Below, piece after piece: positions 10,135-20,783 of a stretch of 57,115 nt of DNA. The first letter of the stretch is position 1; each line of letters starts with the position of its first letter. The DNA is taken from contig CAYZEK010000002.1 of NCBI GenBank assembly GCA_964477805.1, positions 1-57,115 of the forward strand, read 5' to 3'. The position numbers were made by a program, and so were the translations under genes. Under the pieces are notes generated by a model. The model did not search any database and had not been told where the DNA came from. It saw only the letters and a list, made by a program, of their open reading frames with translations. Source of the stretch: an uncultured Candidatus Saccharibacteria bacterium. Its GTDB lineage: Bacteria > Patescibacteriota > Doudnabacteria > UBA920.

Positions 10135-11748
10135 CTAGTGCAGAACAGACAACAAGCTTACGCCATTCATTTCTGGTGGTTTTTCCAACCCCATCAACTC
10201 TAGAATAGTTGGAGCGATATCAGAGACAACTCCAACTGGCACATGACCAGATAGTGATAGATAGTCACGGTCCTTTGGAGGGTCTATCTCAAATTCTTTG
10301 GCCACTAAGATAAAGGGCACTGGACTAGTAGAGTGTTCTTTATCTATTTCTCCAGTCTTTACATTTACCAAGTTCTCAATATTGCCATGATCAGCTGTGA
10401 TAATCAAAGCTGCCCCAACAGATAAAACTGCCTGCGCGATCTCGTGTAAAAACCTGTCTATGTATTGAACGGCCCTGATACCAGATTGTAGATTACCAGT
10501 ATGGCCGACCATGTCTGGATTTGCAAAATTTGCTAGATAAAAATTGAAGTCAGAATTTTTTATTTTGTCTATTAAAATTTCGGTTAATTCAGCGCCAGAC
10601 ATTTCTGGATGTAATGCATAATTTTTATTATTTTCTGGGCTAGCCACGATTTTTCTTTCTTCACCCTTAAAAGCTTCACTTGCACCGCCATTAAAGAAAG
10701 AGGTTACGTGTGCATACTTTTCACTTTCAGCAATGTGGAATTGTGTTAAACCATTTTGGGAAATGTAATCAGCGAGATTATTTTTTAAATTCATCGGAGG
10801 GAAAGCCACGTGCACTGGTAAGCCAAAAAAGTATTCCGACATAGTCACAAAAAACAAATTCGGGATAACATTATGTTTCTTTGGAATATCCATCAATTCT
10901 GGCTGAACGAATGCTTGAGTGATCTGGAGCGCCCGATCAGAACGAAAATTGAACATAATACAAGCATCATTTACTTCAACTTTTGCGACTGGATGCATTC
11001 CACCATGCCCCTCCTCACGAACGATTACGGCAGTTGGTGGAATCATCTCATCATAAACATTCTGGTTGTACGAATTCAACACTGCATCCTCTGCGCTATC
11101 GGCAGCTACCCCTATTCCGTTTACAATCGCCTGATAGGTCATTTCTGTCTGGTCCCAGTGATTCGCACGATCCATAGCGTAAAATCGACCTGAAATCGTT
11201 GCAATTTTACCAACACCGATCTCAGAAATTTTTCTATTAACTTTTTTTACAGTATCAAACGCTTCCTTCTCTCCAGTGTCACGTCCATCTGTAAACATAT
11301 GTACATAAACTTCTTTCACCCCTTGCTCCACTGCCAAGCCAAGTAATGCGTATAAATGATCTTCGCTACTATGAACACCGCCAGAACTAACTAACCCAAT
11401 CAAGTGTAACTTAGAATTATTTTTCTTAACATGCTCGCAAGCATCAATTAAAGCCTGATTCTTAAAAAATGATCGATCTTGAATCGCGGCATTAATGCGA
11501 GGGAGATCCTGACCAACGATCCTCCCAGCGCCAATATTCAAATGCCCAACCTCAGAATTACCAACTTCACCCCAAGGTAAACCAACCACGGGACCAGACG
11601 CTAAAATTGAAATTGTGGGATAAGTAGCCACCAAATGATCCAAAGATTTCGGTTCAGCTAAAGCAATCGCATTCCCGTGACTAAAAGAAGCAACACCAAA
11701 ACCATCCAAAATTACTAGTACGACCTTTTTGTACGGTGGAAAGTTCAT
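10135..11748 (-). CDS. gpmI: 2,3-bisphosphoglycerate-independent phosphoglycerate mutase
   Basis: VLVILDGFG, NSEVGHLNIGAGR, FTDGRDT, ANFANPDMVGHTG, ITADHGN motifs. Confidence 0.92.
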   Translation of the reverse strand: MNFPPYKKVVLVILDGFGVASFSHGNAIALAEPKSLDHLVATYPTISILASGPVVGLPWGEVGNSEVGHLNIGAGRIVGQDLPRINAAIQDRSFFKNQALIDACEHVKKNNSKLHLIGLVSSGGVHSSEDHLYALLGLAVEQGVKEVYVHMFTDGRDTGEKEAFDTVKKVNRKISEIGVGKIATISGRFYAMDRANHWDQTEMTYQAIVNGIGVAADSAEDAVLNSYNQNVYDEMIPPTAVIVREEGHGGMHPVAKVEVNDACIMFNFRSDRALQITQAFVQPELMDIPKKHNVIPNLFFVTMSEYFFGLPVHVAFPPMNLKNNLADYISQNGLTQFHIAESEKYAHVTSFFNGGASEAFKGEERKIVASPENNKNYALHPEMSGAELTEILIDKIKNSDFNFYLANFANPDMVGHTGNLQSGIRAVQYIDRFLHEIAQAVLSVGAALIITADHGNIENLVNVKTGEIDKEHSTSPVPFILVAKEFEIDPPKDRDYLSLSGHVPVGVVSDIAPTILELMGLEKPPEMNGVSLLSVLH

Positions 11749-11754
11749 TGTTGT

Positions 11755-13008
11755 TTACCTATCTAATTCAGATTCAATAGCCAAGAGACGATTATATTTT
11801 GCCAACCTTTCACCTCGGTTAAGACTGCCAGCTTTAATGTATTTTGCTCCCACAGCGACACTTAAATCAGCAATAAAGTCATCTAATGTTTCTCCACTCC
11901 TATGAGAAATGATTACTTCGTAACCATACTTCTGAGCTAATTTAATTGCTACCATTGTTTCGCTGACTGTCCCAATTTGATTCAGTTTGATCAAAACTGC
12001 ATTAGCAATTCCAGAAATAATTCCTGATTCAATTCGTTGAGTATTTGTCACAAATAAATCATCCCCTACTAAAGTTGTTTTATGGCCAAGTTCTTCGGTT
12101 AATTTTTGCCATCCCAAAAAATCATCTTCTGCACATCCATCCTCAATGATTTGTAATCCAAAAGCCTTGATCCATTGTTGATACAACCTGTACATACTAG
12201 CCGGTTTAAAATGCTTGCCATCACCTTTTAAGCTATAAATTTCTTTATTAGCATCAAAAAATTCACTGGCTGCTGCGTCTATCCCTAATGCAAAATCTTT
12301 GCCAACACTAAAACCTGCAGATTTAATCGCACTTGTTAAAACACGCAAAGCCTTTTTGTTCGAACCAATTTTGGGAGCAAAACCACCTTCATCGCCCACA
12401 CCAACACTTAGACCCTTTTTAATCAAAATACGTTTCAATTCGTGAATAACAGCAAAAGATTTTTGGATTTTATCAGAAAATTTCCCCTTAATAGGGATGA
12501 TAAAAAACTCCTGAATATCCAAACCAGAATCAGCATGCACGCCACCATTAATGACATTTAATAATGGGGTTGGCAAGGCAAGATGAGAAAAATTATATTG
12601 GGAAGCCAAATATTTGTACAAAGGTTTATTTGTTAACTTTGCCCCAAGTCTGGCACAAGCCAAAGATACTGACAAAATCGCATTGGCTCCTAATTTGGAT
12701 TTATCTGAGGTTTTATCTAAGTTCACCATTAATTCATCAATAGTCTTCAAATCAATCACTGACTTTCCTTTTAACAAACGTGCTATTACTGTATTTACGT
12801 TTTTACAAGCTCGTCTTACTCCTAAACCTGAATATCTATGTTTAATTCCATCTCTTAACTCCAAGGCTTCGTGAGTTCCAGTCGATGCGCCACTCGGCAC
12901 ACTGGCAATTGCACACACCAAACCTGACCACACTGTGGTTTCTACGGTTGGGTTACCACGACTATCCAAAATCTCCCTTGCTGTTATGCGAGTGATGATA
13001 TTTTTCAT
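11755..13008 (-). CDS. eno: Enolase
   Basis: AREILDSRGNPTVE, SGASTGTHEA, VGDDLFVTN, IKLNQIGT, SHRSGET motifs. Confidence 0.95.
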   Translation of the reverse strand: MKNIITRITAREILDSRGNPTVETTVWSGLVCAIASVPSGASTGTHEALELRDGIKHRYSGLGVRRACKNVNTVIARLLKGKSVIDLKTIDELMVNLDKTSDKSKLGANAILSVSLACARLGAKLTNKPLYKYLASQYNFSHLALPTPLLNVINGGVHADSGLDIQEFFIIPIKGKFSDKIQKSFAVIHELKRILIKKGLSVGVGDEGGFAPKIGSNKKALRVLTSAIKSAGFSVGKDFALGIDAAASEFFDANKEIYSLKGDGKHFKPASMYRLYQQWIKAFGLQIIEDGCAEDDFLGWQKLTEELGHKTTLVGDDLFVTNTQRIESGIISGIANAVLIKLNQIGTVSETMVAIKLAQKYGYEVIISHRSGETLDDFIADLSVAVGAKYIKAGSLNRGERLAKYNRLLAIESELDR

Positions 13009-13015
13009 TCTGATT

Positions 13016-14245
13016 TCATCTTTTTAAAGCTTCTAGCCCCGGCAATTTTGCCCCAGATAAATACTTCAACATTGCCCCTCCGCCAGTGGAAACATGATCA
13101 ATATATTCAAATTGATGTGCCTGACGGATAGCAGCAACGGTTTCACCACCACCAGCAACGCCAAAAGCTTTTCCGCTACTTACTGAACCAACAATTTTTG
13201 CCAAAGCCATAGTGCCTGTCCGAAATGGTTTTTTTTCAAAATATCCCAAAGGACCATTCCAGCAAATAGTCTTGGCTGATTTCAAAATTTTTGAATATTC
13301 TAAAATCGTTTTAGGGCCAATGTCACAAATCTTCTCCGTGGGTTTGATCTCATAACGGTTTTTCACAATGGCTGTTTCTTTTGGATTACTAGTGTCAAAT
13401 ACTGCCACATCTTTGGGCAACACCAATTTATCTTTAAAATTTTGTAGTAACTGCCAAGCTAATTGTTGACTTTCCTTCTCTATGACTGATTCACCTATTT
13501 CTAAACCTTCCGCTGCAAAAAATACATTAGCTAAACCGCCGCCAAGTAAAATATAATCGGCTTTTCTGCCCAAGACTTCTAACGTCTTAGCTTTGTCCGA
13601 AATTTTTATTCCCCCCATCATTAAGACAAATGGGTGTTGCGACTTTGTTAGTACATAATCTAAATTTTTGATCTCCTTTTCCAACACAGGGCCAACAAAG
13701 GCAGGAAGTTCCTGAGTGATTGCCACTATCGATGCCGCTGTTCTATGGTCAACGGCGAAAGCATCATTAACATAGACATCCCCCAAAGTAGCCAAAATCA
13801 TTGCAAAATCTTTGCGATTATTCTCTTCCCCTGGATAAAAACGCAAATTCTCTAAAACTGTTATATCTTTAGCTGACATCTCTTGAACAGCTTGCCGAAC
13901 ATTTTCTAGCTCGATATTTCCATTTACAAAGACAACATGCTTAATTGGATAAGTAACAGGTCGATCTTCAGTTTCAAGAAATTTTACTTTCAACAGTTCT
14001 GCCAGACGTTCCGCCATTGGTTTGAGTGATGCTTTTTTTACCCATCTACCATCTGGGCGACCTGTATGGGAAAGGATCACAATTTTAGCATTGTGCTTCT
14101 GTAAGAATTTTATCGTTGGTAAAATCTCTTGAATCCTAAAATCATCTAGCATCTTTCCTGACTCATCTATTTCCTCATTAAAATCAACACGTAGTAATAC
14201 GGTTTTATTTTTGATATCAGTTGATTTTAGGTATTTATAAGCCAT
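13016..14245 (-). CDS. pgk: Phosphoglycerate kinase
   Basis: LLRVDFN, ILSHTGRP, GGGLANVF, WNGPLGYFE, STGGGA motifs. Confidence 0.95.
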   Translation of the reverse strand: MAYKYLKSTDIKNKTVLLRVDFNEEIDESGKMLDDFRIQEILPTIKFLQKHNAKIVILSHTGRPDGRWVKKASLKPMAERLAELLKVKFLETEDRPVTYPIKHVVFVNGNIELENVRQAVQEMSAKDITVLENLRFYPGEENNRKDFAMILATLGDVYVNDAFAVDHRTAASIVAITQELPAFVGPVLEKEIKNLDYVLTKSQHPFVLMMGGIKISDKAKTLEVLGRKADYILLGGGLANVFFAAEGLEIGESVIEKESQQLAWQLLQNFKDKLVLPKDVAVFDTSNPKETAIVKNRYEIKPTEKICDIGPKTILEYSKILKSAKTICWNGPLGYFEKKPFRTGTMALAKIVGSVSSGKAFGVAGGGETVAAIRQAHQFEYIDHVSTGGGAMLKYLSGAKLPGLEALKR

Positions 14246-14276
14246 TTTTTATTTTAGGATTGACTACTATGCTTTG

Positions 14277-15311
14277 CTATTCCGTCAGACTTTTGCCAAC
14301 TAGAATAGTTTGTTCAACCAACCTATTAGAATACCCAAATTCATTGTCGTACCAAGCAATGACTTTCACAAAATCGCCATCTACAACCTGAGTCAAGGAT
14401 AAGTCCACCACGCAACTAGCTGGATTACCAATGATATCAGAAGACACCAATGGTTCATTACTAACGACTAGTTTATCTTTATATAATGGATGAGAACTCG
14501 CATCAATAAATGCTTGATTTACTTCTTCAACAGTGACTTTTTTCTTAAGGAGAACAGCGAAGTCTGAAAGACTGCCAACTGGAGTAGGTACCCGAAACGC
14601 AAGGCCATTGAATAAACCTTTCAATTCTGGCAAAACTTCTGTCGCAGAAATTGCTGCACCTGTAGAAGTCGGAATGATGTTTACCGCTGCAGCTCTTGCT
14701 CTACGCAGGTCATTACTCTTCCCACCAGGAGGTGGTCCATCTACTAAGTTCTGCTCGGCGGTATAGCTGTGTATAGTACTCATCATCATTTTATTGATTC
14801 CAAACTTGGAAAGTAATACCGCTGCAACAGGAGTTATGCAATTAGTAGTGCAGGATGCATTACTAATAATTGATTGTCCTTTGTATTGATCTTCATTCGC
14901 AGCGAGCACAATCGTCGAAGTTAGCCCTTCATCTTTCGCAGGAGCAGAGATGATGACTCGTTTTGCACCAGCTTCTAAATGTGCGCTAGCTTTCTCACTA
15001 TCTGTAAATCGTCCAGTACTCTCAATTACAACCTCAGCACCAAGTTTTGCCCAAGGCAAAAGCTTTGGATCTTTTTCAGCAAATACTGGATATTTTTTTT
15101 CGCCAATGATAACATGATTCTCGTCAAACGAAACCTCTCGATTAAAACGACCATAGTTACTATCATACTTTAGTAGATGCGCCAAAACCTCTGGACTGGT
15201 TAAATCATTAATCCCAACTATTTCTAATTCTGGTTTTTCTAAAGCAATTTTAAAAGCCTGTCGACCAATTCGACCAAAGCCATTAATGCCAACTTTAACA
15301 ATATGTGACAT
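14277..15311 (-). CDS. gap: Glyceraldehyde-3-phosphate dehydrogenase
   Basis: GINGFGRIGR, active-site SNASCTTNC, WYDNEFGYS. Confidence 0.95.
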   Translation of the reverse strand: MSHIVKVGINGFGRIGRQAFKIALEKPELEIVGINDLTSPEVLAHLLKYDSNYGRFNREVSFDENHVIIGEKKYPVFAEKDPKLLPWAKLGAEVVIESTGRFTDSEKASAHLEAGAKRVIISAPAKDEGLTSTIVLAANEDQYKGQSIISNASCTTNCITPVAAVLLSKFGINKMMMSTIHSYTAEQNLVDGPPPGGKSNDLRRARAAAVNIIPTSTGAAISATEVLPELKGLFNGLAFRVPTPVGSLSDFAVLLKKKVTVEEVNQAFIDASSHPLYKDKLVVSNEPLVSSDIIGNPASCVVDLSLTQVVDGDFVKVIAWYDNEFGYSNRLVEQTILVGKSLTE

Positions 15312-15350
15312 ATCTTCCTTTATACCCTATTGGGTGGTTTAATTTTATTT

Positions 15351-15587
15351 CTAGTTTACGCTGGGCGATGCCTCTTCGACATCAATCTGATATTTGTTGG
15401 ATCGCAGTAACCCAGAATTTTCACTTTTCTCACTTTTGTGAATATCAAATTGCACATATTCCGCATTTGATAACTCTGCCTGCCTCCAATACAAAATAGC
15501 GCCGAATGCGATGATTCCACAAAAAATCAAACCGAAAAAACGCAAACGCACATTTTGTTCAGATAGCCCTGTACCTTGTATTCCCAT
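15351..15587 (-). CDS. Possible 78-aa single-pass membrane protein between fba and gap
   Basis: One hydrophobic helix (FFGLIFCGIIAFGAILYW); fits the intergenic gap; no motif. Confidence 0.35.
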   Translation of the reverse strand: MGIQGTGLSEQNVRLRFFGLIFCGIIAFGAILYWRQAELSNAEYVQFDIHKSEKSENSGLLRSNKYQIDVEEASPSVN

Positions 15588-15608
15588 AACTTTATTATAC
15601 TATAATAA

Positions 15609-16490
15609 TTAACTTTTAATTAAATTTTGTGTTTTAAACGACTTTAGCTTTTTCATAGCCACTTGTTTAACTCCTTCAATGGCAGGATTAAGGTACTTGC
15701 GTGGGTCGACTTCATCCGGATGTGAAGCCAAAAACACCCGAAGCTCATGCGTAAAACCAATGCGTAATTCTGTATCAATATTGATAATTGCAATGCCAGC
15801 CTGAATTGCTTTCTCAATGACATCATCAGGAACGCCACTGGCGCCATGGAGAACCAGCGGAACATTCGGAACAGCTTCACGAATTTTTTGAATACGCTCG
15901 ATATCTACATGTGCCTGCACTTTGCCTGACATTTTTATAATTCCATGGATAGTTCCAACAGAACTGGCTAAAGTGTCTACCCCAGTGGCTTCAAAGAACC
16001 GCTTCGCCTCACTTGGGTCGGTAAGCAATGCCTCTTCGTCGGAAACAGACACCCAATCTTCACTACCACGCATTCGCCCAATTTCCCCTTGTACCCACGC
16101 GCCTTCATTGTGGGCAAACTCTACCATAGCCTTCGTATCTCGCACATTTTCTTCAAAAGACAAACCAGAATGATCAATCATAACGGACGAATAACCAAGT
16201 TCTATGCCACGTTTTAACTGCTCAGCGTTTTTACCATGATCCATATGCAGAGCAATCGGCACTTTAGCTTTTACGGCTAGAGTTGCCATAATTTCATACA
16301 AAGTCTCTAAGCCAGCGTACTTAATAGCCCCTTCGCTGGTTTCTAGAATTACTGGCGTATTCATTTCTTCTGCAGCAGAAATAATCCCAAGAGTGGTCTC
16401 TAGGTTCATGGTATTAAAAGCAGGATAAGCAAATTTACCTATCACATTTTTACCATTCTCAGGAAATAATTCTTTAATATGTACGAGCAT
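15609..16490 (-). CDS. fba: Class II fructose-bisphosphate aldolase
   Basis: PVILETSEG, ALHMDHG, SVMIDHS, LVLHGASG motifs. Confidence 0.9.
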   Translation of the reverse strand: MLVHIKELFPENGKNVIGKFAYPAFNTMNLETTLGIISAAEEMNTPVILETSEGAIKYAGLETLYEIMATLAVKAKVPIALHMDHGKNAEQLKRGIELGYSSVMIDHSGLSFEENVRDTKAMVEFAHNEGAWVQGEIGRMRGSEDWVSVSDEEALLTDPSEAKRFFEATGVDTLASSVGTIHGIIKMSGKVQAHVDIERIQKIREAVPNVPLVLHGASGVPDDVIEKAIQAGIAIINIDTELRIGFTHELRVFLASHPDEVDPRKYLNPAIEGVKQVAMKKLKSFKTQNLIKS

Positions 16491-17513
16491 TTAATCTTTC
16501 TTTTTACCAACCATTGCTGCGACTTTTGACTTTGCTTTCTCAGAATCTAATACAATGGCTTTAAAATTTTTCATTTTTGATAACCGACTCTCAATGTGTT
16601 TGCGAGTCATTAACCCTTCTTGCGGTCCGACTTTCATCACCACGCTACCGGCATTAACTGGTCCCCACTGCAGAGCTACACTGTGTGGTTTGCCATAAGC
16701 CAAAGCAGCTACGTAAGCAGTGGTGAAGCCGTCGCCAGCACCAGTTGCCTCAAAACGTGGACCAGGGAATTCTGGGATATAAAAGTAACCTTGATCACTA
16801 CAACTATAAGCACCACGGCGACCATCAGTCAGCACCACTGCCTTTGGACCAAGCTTGCGTAAGCGTTGACAAAGCTCCTCGGGATCTTCGTAATCTCCAA
16901 CCCAACTTTGTGCTTCTTCTTTATTCAAAGACAGAATTGCCGTACGTTCCAACATCAACTTGTTAAATTTTGGACCTTTTCGCAACTGGAATGTACCAGG
17001 ATTAAATGCCAATTGTGCACCAGTCTTATCTAAATATATAGCTAAGTCTTTGTAAATTTTTTCAAATCCTGTGCCCATGCTAGTCAAATAAACCCATTTA
17101 CTAGGAGCAAGTTTTGGCAACTTATACTTGCGATGCTCATGATACACCAAAATTGTTCTCTCACCTTTGTAAGAAATTACCGTAGAAGCATTGGTAGAAT
17201 GCTTGTCATCAAGCATAATATATTCCGTCGCTACTTTTTCCTTCTTCATTTTGTGGATAATTTCACGGCCACCAACATCCCATGCTAACAAAGTATAGTA
17301 TGCTGTTTTCAAACCCAAACGAGCCGATCCAACAGCATTATTAGCGGCATTTCCAGCAACAGTTCGATAAAGTTCATCTACCGGTAATTTATCTCCCCAA
17401 TTAATCATTGCCTTGAGCTGTTTTCCAACTTTTTTTATCTCAATATCATGAATAAATAAAAATGTGTCTATCGTTGGATCCCCAATGGAGATTACATCAT
17501 ACTTGGTTTTCAT
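16491..17513 (-). CDS. PfkB-family carbohydrate kinase (candidate sugar-phosphate kinase)
   Basis: GGREIIH region, C-terminal ATGAGDGFTTAY anion-hole motif typical of the ribokinase/PfkB family; abuts fba (TAA then ATG). Confidence 0.8.
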   Translation of the reverse strand: MKTKYDVISIGDPTIDTFLFIHDIEIKKVGKQLKAMINWGDKLPVDELYRTVAGNAANNAVGSARLGLKTAYYTLLAWDVGGREIIHKMKKEKVATEYIMLDDKHSTNASTVISYKGERTILVYHEHRKYKLPKLAPSKWVYLTSMGTGFEKIYKDLAIYLDKTGAQLAFNPGTFQLRKGPKFNKLMLERTAILSLNKEEAQSWVGDYEDPEELCQRLRKLGPKAVVLTDGRRGAYSCSDQGYFYIPEFPGPRFEATGAGDGFTTAYVAALAYGKPHSVALQWGPVNAGSVVMKVGPQEGLMTRKHIESRLSKMKNFKAIVLDSEKAKSKVAAMVGKKKD

Positions 17514-17557
17514 AAGCAGTATTTTAATTTCTTGATTAATAATTTAAGTCTACCGAA

Positions 17558-18208
17558 CTATTCGTTCTCAATAATTTTAAACAAAGCAATGTAATTTTTT
17601 TGCAATGTTCCTCCATCATTTAGTTCTGGATGAGGAATCAAGTCCACCAAAGCAATATTCAAACTCACGTCTTTTCTGTCGTCACCTACAGGACCAGTAA
17701 TTTTTAATGGCTTAAATAAATTAGGCTTCAACTCACCAGTAGGTGGGAAACGATTCAATCCTTCTACTCGCATTTCTTCAAAGTAAGCCTTGGTGTAATC
17801 AACACCTATTTGCTGAAACTGTACCTTTACGATAGCCTTCCCAGAAGTCTCACAAACAACTCGTTCCGGACAACGGCTATCACTTAATACAGAATCTACC
17901 CGTAGTTCCCAATTTTCATTCACCTTTACCCAACTACTACCCATTGGAGCAACGATGTAGCCTGTTTGATACCCTTCGGGAAATAAACTTTTGCTTTCTA
18001 CTGGTGGAGGAAAATCTGGTTGGTTAGACGCGGGGTTTTGATTTGCCATATTATTTGCCATATCATTCGTTCGATTAATATTCTGATTATTAAATTGATT
18101 GTTAGGACCAAAACTAGTGCGCGGGCGAAACAGTAACCATCCAGCCAAGGCAATCAAAGCGATTAAAGCAATTATACCAGCTGGGTTAAGTAATTTATCA
18201 GTTTCCAT
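17558..18208 (-). CDS. Hypothetical membrane-anchored protein with an N/Q-rich linker
   Basis: 216 aa; N-terminal TM (IIALIALIALAGWLLF), Asn-rich low-complexity stretch, Cys-containing C-terminal domain. Confidence 0.5.
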   Translation of the reverse strand: METDKLLNPAGIIALIALIALAGWLLFRPRTSFGPNNQFNNQNINRTNDMANNMANQNPASNQPDFPPPVESKSLFPEGYQTGYIVAPMGSSWVKVNENWELRVDSVLSDSRCPERVVCETSGKAIVKVQFQQIGVDYTKAYFEEMRVEGLNRFPPTGELKPNLFKPLKITGPVGDDRKDVSLNIALVDLIPHPELNDGGTLQKNYIALFKIIENE

Positions 18209-19190
18209 TTTTACGTTCCATAACTTTTTTAATTGCTTTTTTAATAGTATTTACATCCATGCCAAATTTCTTGACCAGCTCATCTGGCTCACCACTTTCA
18301 CCAAAATTATCTTGCATGCCAACAAATTCAACTGGAACTGGATAATTCTGCGCCAATACTTCTACTACTGCTGACCCAGCGCCTGCTGATACCTGATGTT
18401 CTTCCAAAGTTACCACTGCTCCAGTCAACTTTGCTGACCATATAATAGTTTCGGAGTCAATTGGCTTGATGGTATGGTTATTTATCACCAACACACTTAT
18501 ACCTTCTTTTTCCAAATCCAAAGCTGCTTGTAGGCCGTGATATAAAATTGGCCCCGAGCCGATCAGAGCAACATCCTTACCTTCTTTAAAGATGCTCGCT
18601 TTACCGACTGCAAATGGAGAATCTTCTGTTGTCATCACAGGAGTTTTCTCACGTCCCAAACGAAAATATGCAGGCCCAATAGTTGTTCCCAGCGCTATAG
18701 TAGTTTTACGAGCCTCAATTGCATCACAAGGCACCACCACCGTCATGTTTGGTAACACGCGAGTTATCGCAATATCTTCTAAGGCCTGATGAGTTGCTCC
18801 ATCTGGGCCAACCGAAAGCCCTGTATGAGAGCCAGCCACTTTAACATTGGCTTGACTATACGCAACGGATACCCGCAATTGATCCCAGCTACGACCAGGC
18901 GAAAAAGTAGCGTAACTAGCAATAAACGGGGTTTTGCCTGTTAAAGCCATTCCCGCTGCAACACCCATCATATTTTGTTCTGCAACGCCACACTCAATAA
19001 AGCGTTCTGGGTATTTTTTTGCAAAGTCTAGAACACGTGTGCTTTCTGCCAAGTCCCCTGTTAATGCAACAACTTCTGGATTATGTTCACCCAAATGCAA
19101 AAGACCATCACCAAAACCATTTCGGCTTGGGACTTGCTCAATATCTGCTTCCCCAATCTTTGGATTTAATTTTTGCTGTTCGTTTAACAT
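18198..19190 (-). CDS. Transketolase, C-terminal (pyrimidine-binding) subunit
   Basis: ERFIECGVAEQNMMGVAAG, GPDGATHQALEDIA; AGGAG Shine-Dalgarno upstream. Confidence 0.9.
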   Translation of the reverse strand: MLNEQQKLNPKIGEADIEQVPSRNGFGDGLLHLGEHNPEVVALTGDLAESTRVLDFAKKYPERFIECGVAEQNMMGVAAGMALTGKTPFIASYATFSPGRSWDQLRVSVAYSQANVKVAGSHTGLSVGPDGATHQALEDIAITRVLPNMTVVVPCDAIEARKTTIALGTTIGPAYFRLGREKTPVMTTEDSPFAVGKASIFKEGKDVALIGSGPILYHGLQAALDLEKEGISVLVINNHTIKPIDSETIIWSAKLTGAVVTLEEHQVSAGAGSAVVEVLAQNYPVPVEFVGMQDNFGESGEPDELVKKFGMDVNTIKKAIKKVMERKNGN

Positions 19191-19227
19191 TTCACTCCTA
19201 AATACTCTTTAATTAGACTGCAATCTA

Positions 19228-20106
19228 TCATTCATGCTCGCTAGTAATCTGCCCGCGCAAAGTACGCAAATCTTTTAAAGCTTCCTTTGCTTCATCTTGG
19301 CTAGGTGGTTTTCCATGCCATTCGTACTTTCCTTCCATATAATCAACGCCTTTACCGGGAATTGTATGCGCAATAATGACAGTTGGTTTTTCATAAATCA
19401 CCTCAGCTTGTTTATACGCGTCAATGATCGCTGGAATATTATGTCCATCAACTTCTAAAACATGCCAATTAAACGATTCATACTTATCACGTAGTTTTTC
19501 TAACGGCATTACGTCTTCTGTATAACCATCAATTTGAATATTATTACGGTCAATAATTGCAGTGATATTATGTAATTTTTCTTTACCTGCTAGCATTATA
19601 GCTTCCCAAATTTGTCCTTCTTGTTGCTCGCCATCAGACATAACTAAATACACTCGATTTTTGAGATGATCCATGCGTAACGCTAATGCAATCCCCACTG
19701 CTTGAGATGCACCCTGTGCTAATGGGCCACTACTGGTTTCTATCCCAGGTAATGCTAGGTTGTGCGGATGTCCTTGCAAACGAGTTCCTAATTTACGCAA
19801 GGTCTTTAATTCCTCAACTGGAAAATATCCCGCTTCAGCCAATGTCGCATATAAAACTGGGCAAATATGACCGCAAGATAAAACCAACCTATCGCGACCA
19901 TGCCAATTTGGATTCTGAGGGTCATGTTTCATGACCTTAAAATACAGAGCAGTAAATACATCAGCCATATCTAAAGGACCAGCACTATGACCAGAGCCAG
20001 CCTCTACAAGCATTTTAATAATATCCTGGCGAATATCGTTTGCTTTATATTGAAGTTCCTGCAGATTCAATGTCTTGAAAATTTTGTTTGATATCTTCTG
20101 TTTCAA
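19228..20106 (-). CDS. Transketolase, N-terminal (TPP-binding) subunit
   Basis: SGHSAGPLDMADV, SCGHICPVLYA, GHPH, MSDGEQQEGQIWEA. The track start is a TTG overlapping rpe by 62 nt, so the exact start is uncertain. Confidence 0.88.
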   Translation of the reverse strand: MKQKISNKIFKTLNLQELQYKANDIRQDIIKMLVEAGSGHSAGPLDMADVFTALYFKVMKHDPQNPNWHGRDRLVLSCGHICPVLYATLAEAGYFPVEELKTLRKLGTRLQGHPHNLALPGIETSSGPLAQGASQAVGIALALRMDHLKNRVYLVMSDGEQQEGQIWEAIMLAGKEKLHNITAIIDRNNIQIDGYTEDVMPLEKLRDKYESFNWHVLEVDGHNIPAIIDAYKQAEVIYEKPTVIIAHTIPGKGVDYMEGKYEWHGKPPSQDEAKEALKDLRTLRGQITSEHE

Positions 20107-20698
20107 ATAATGCAGAGCCGACCACTAAATAATCAGCCCCAGCGTTAATTAACGCGGCTATGTTATGCGCATTTACCCCACCATCTACTTCAATTATAGC
20201 ATTTGGGGCCATTTCCCTCAATTCCCTCACCCGGTCAATTGATTCTGAGATAAATGGATTTCCTTGCCTGCCAGGATGAACTGACATGATAGTGAATTGT
20301 TTAATATTATCTGTAAAATATCTGAGTAAAGACACAGGAGTATCTGGATTGATAGCAATCGCTGGTTTCAACCCCAAATCAGATATTAATCCCAACATCT
20401 CTTCCAGCTCAGACTCACCAGCAAACGCTTCGTAATGCAAAATAATTGTGGTAAAACCGGCATCTTTGTATGCCTGAAGATTGCCTGGACTATTAACCAT
20501 TAAGTGAGCTTCCCAATCATATTTTTTGGGAAGATTACCGATTAACCCGAAGTCTTGAATTAACATTGTTTGGTTTTGCACAAAAATTCCATCACAAAAA
20601 TCTACTTGAATATGTTGGATATTTTTTAAGATTTGGATTTTCGTTATTTTTTCTGCAAACCCATGCGGATTTTTTTCTAAAATTGCTGGAATTATCAT
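20045..20698 (-). CDS. rpe: Ribulose-phosphate 3-epimerase
   Basis: IIPAIL, IQVDFCDG, HLMV, SVHPGRQGNPF, VDGGV motifs. Confidence 0.9.
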   Translation of the reverse strand: MIIPAILEKNPHGFAEKITKIQILKNIQHIQVDFCDGIFVQNQTMLIQDFGLIGNLPKKYDWEAHLMVNSPGNLQAYKDAGFTTIILHYEAFAGESELEEMLGLISDLGLKPAIAINPDTPVSLLRYFTDNIKQFTIMSVHPGRQGNPFISESIDRVRELREMAPNAIIEVDGGVNAHNIAALINAGADYLVVGSALFETEDIKQNFQDIESAGTSI

Positions 20699-20699
20699 A

Positions 20700-20728
20700 T
20701 TGACAAAATTATAAAAATATGGTTTACT
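20700..20728 (+). promoter_or_regulatory. Promoter of the 85-aa gene: TTGACAAAAT class, 17-nt spacer, TGg-TTTACT
   Basis: ttgacaaaattataaaaatatggtttact, followed by the GAGGAG Shine-Dalgarno and ATG 20784. Confidence 0.5.
20708..20713 (-). promoter_or_regulatory. -10 TATAAT placed 9 nt upstream of the rpe ATG (possible leaderless start)
   Basis: Minus strand reads tttttTATAATtttgtcaatATG. Confidence 0.4.
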
Positions 20729-20783
20729 ATTGATGGTCAGTGGTAGTTTACCACCAAAATAGCAAAATAAGAGGAGAAATATA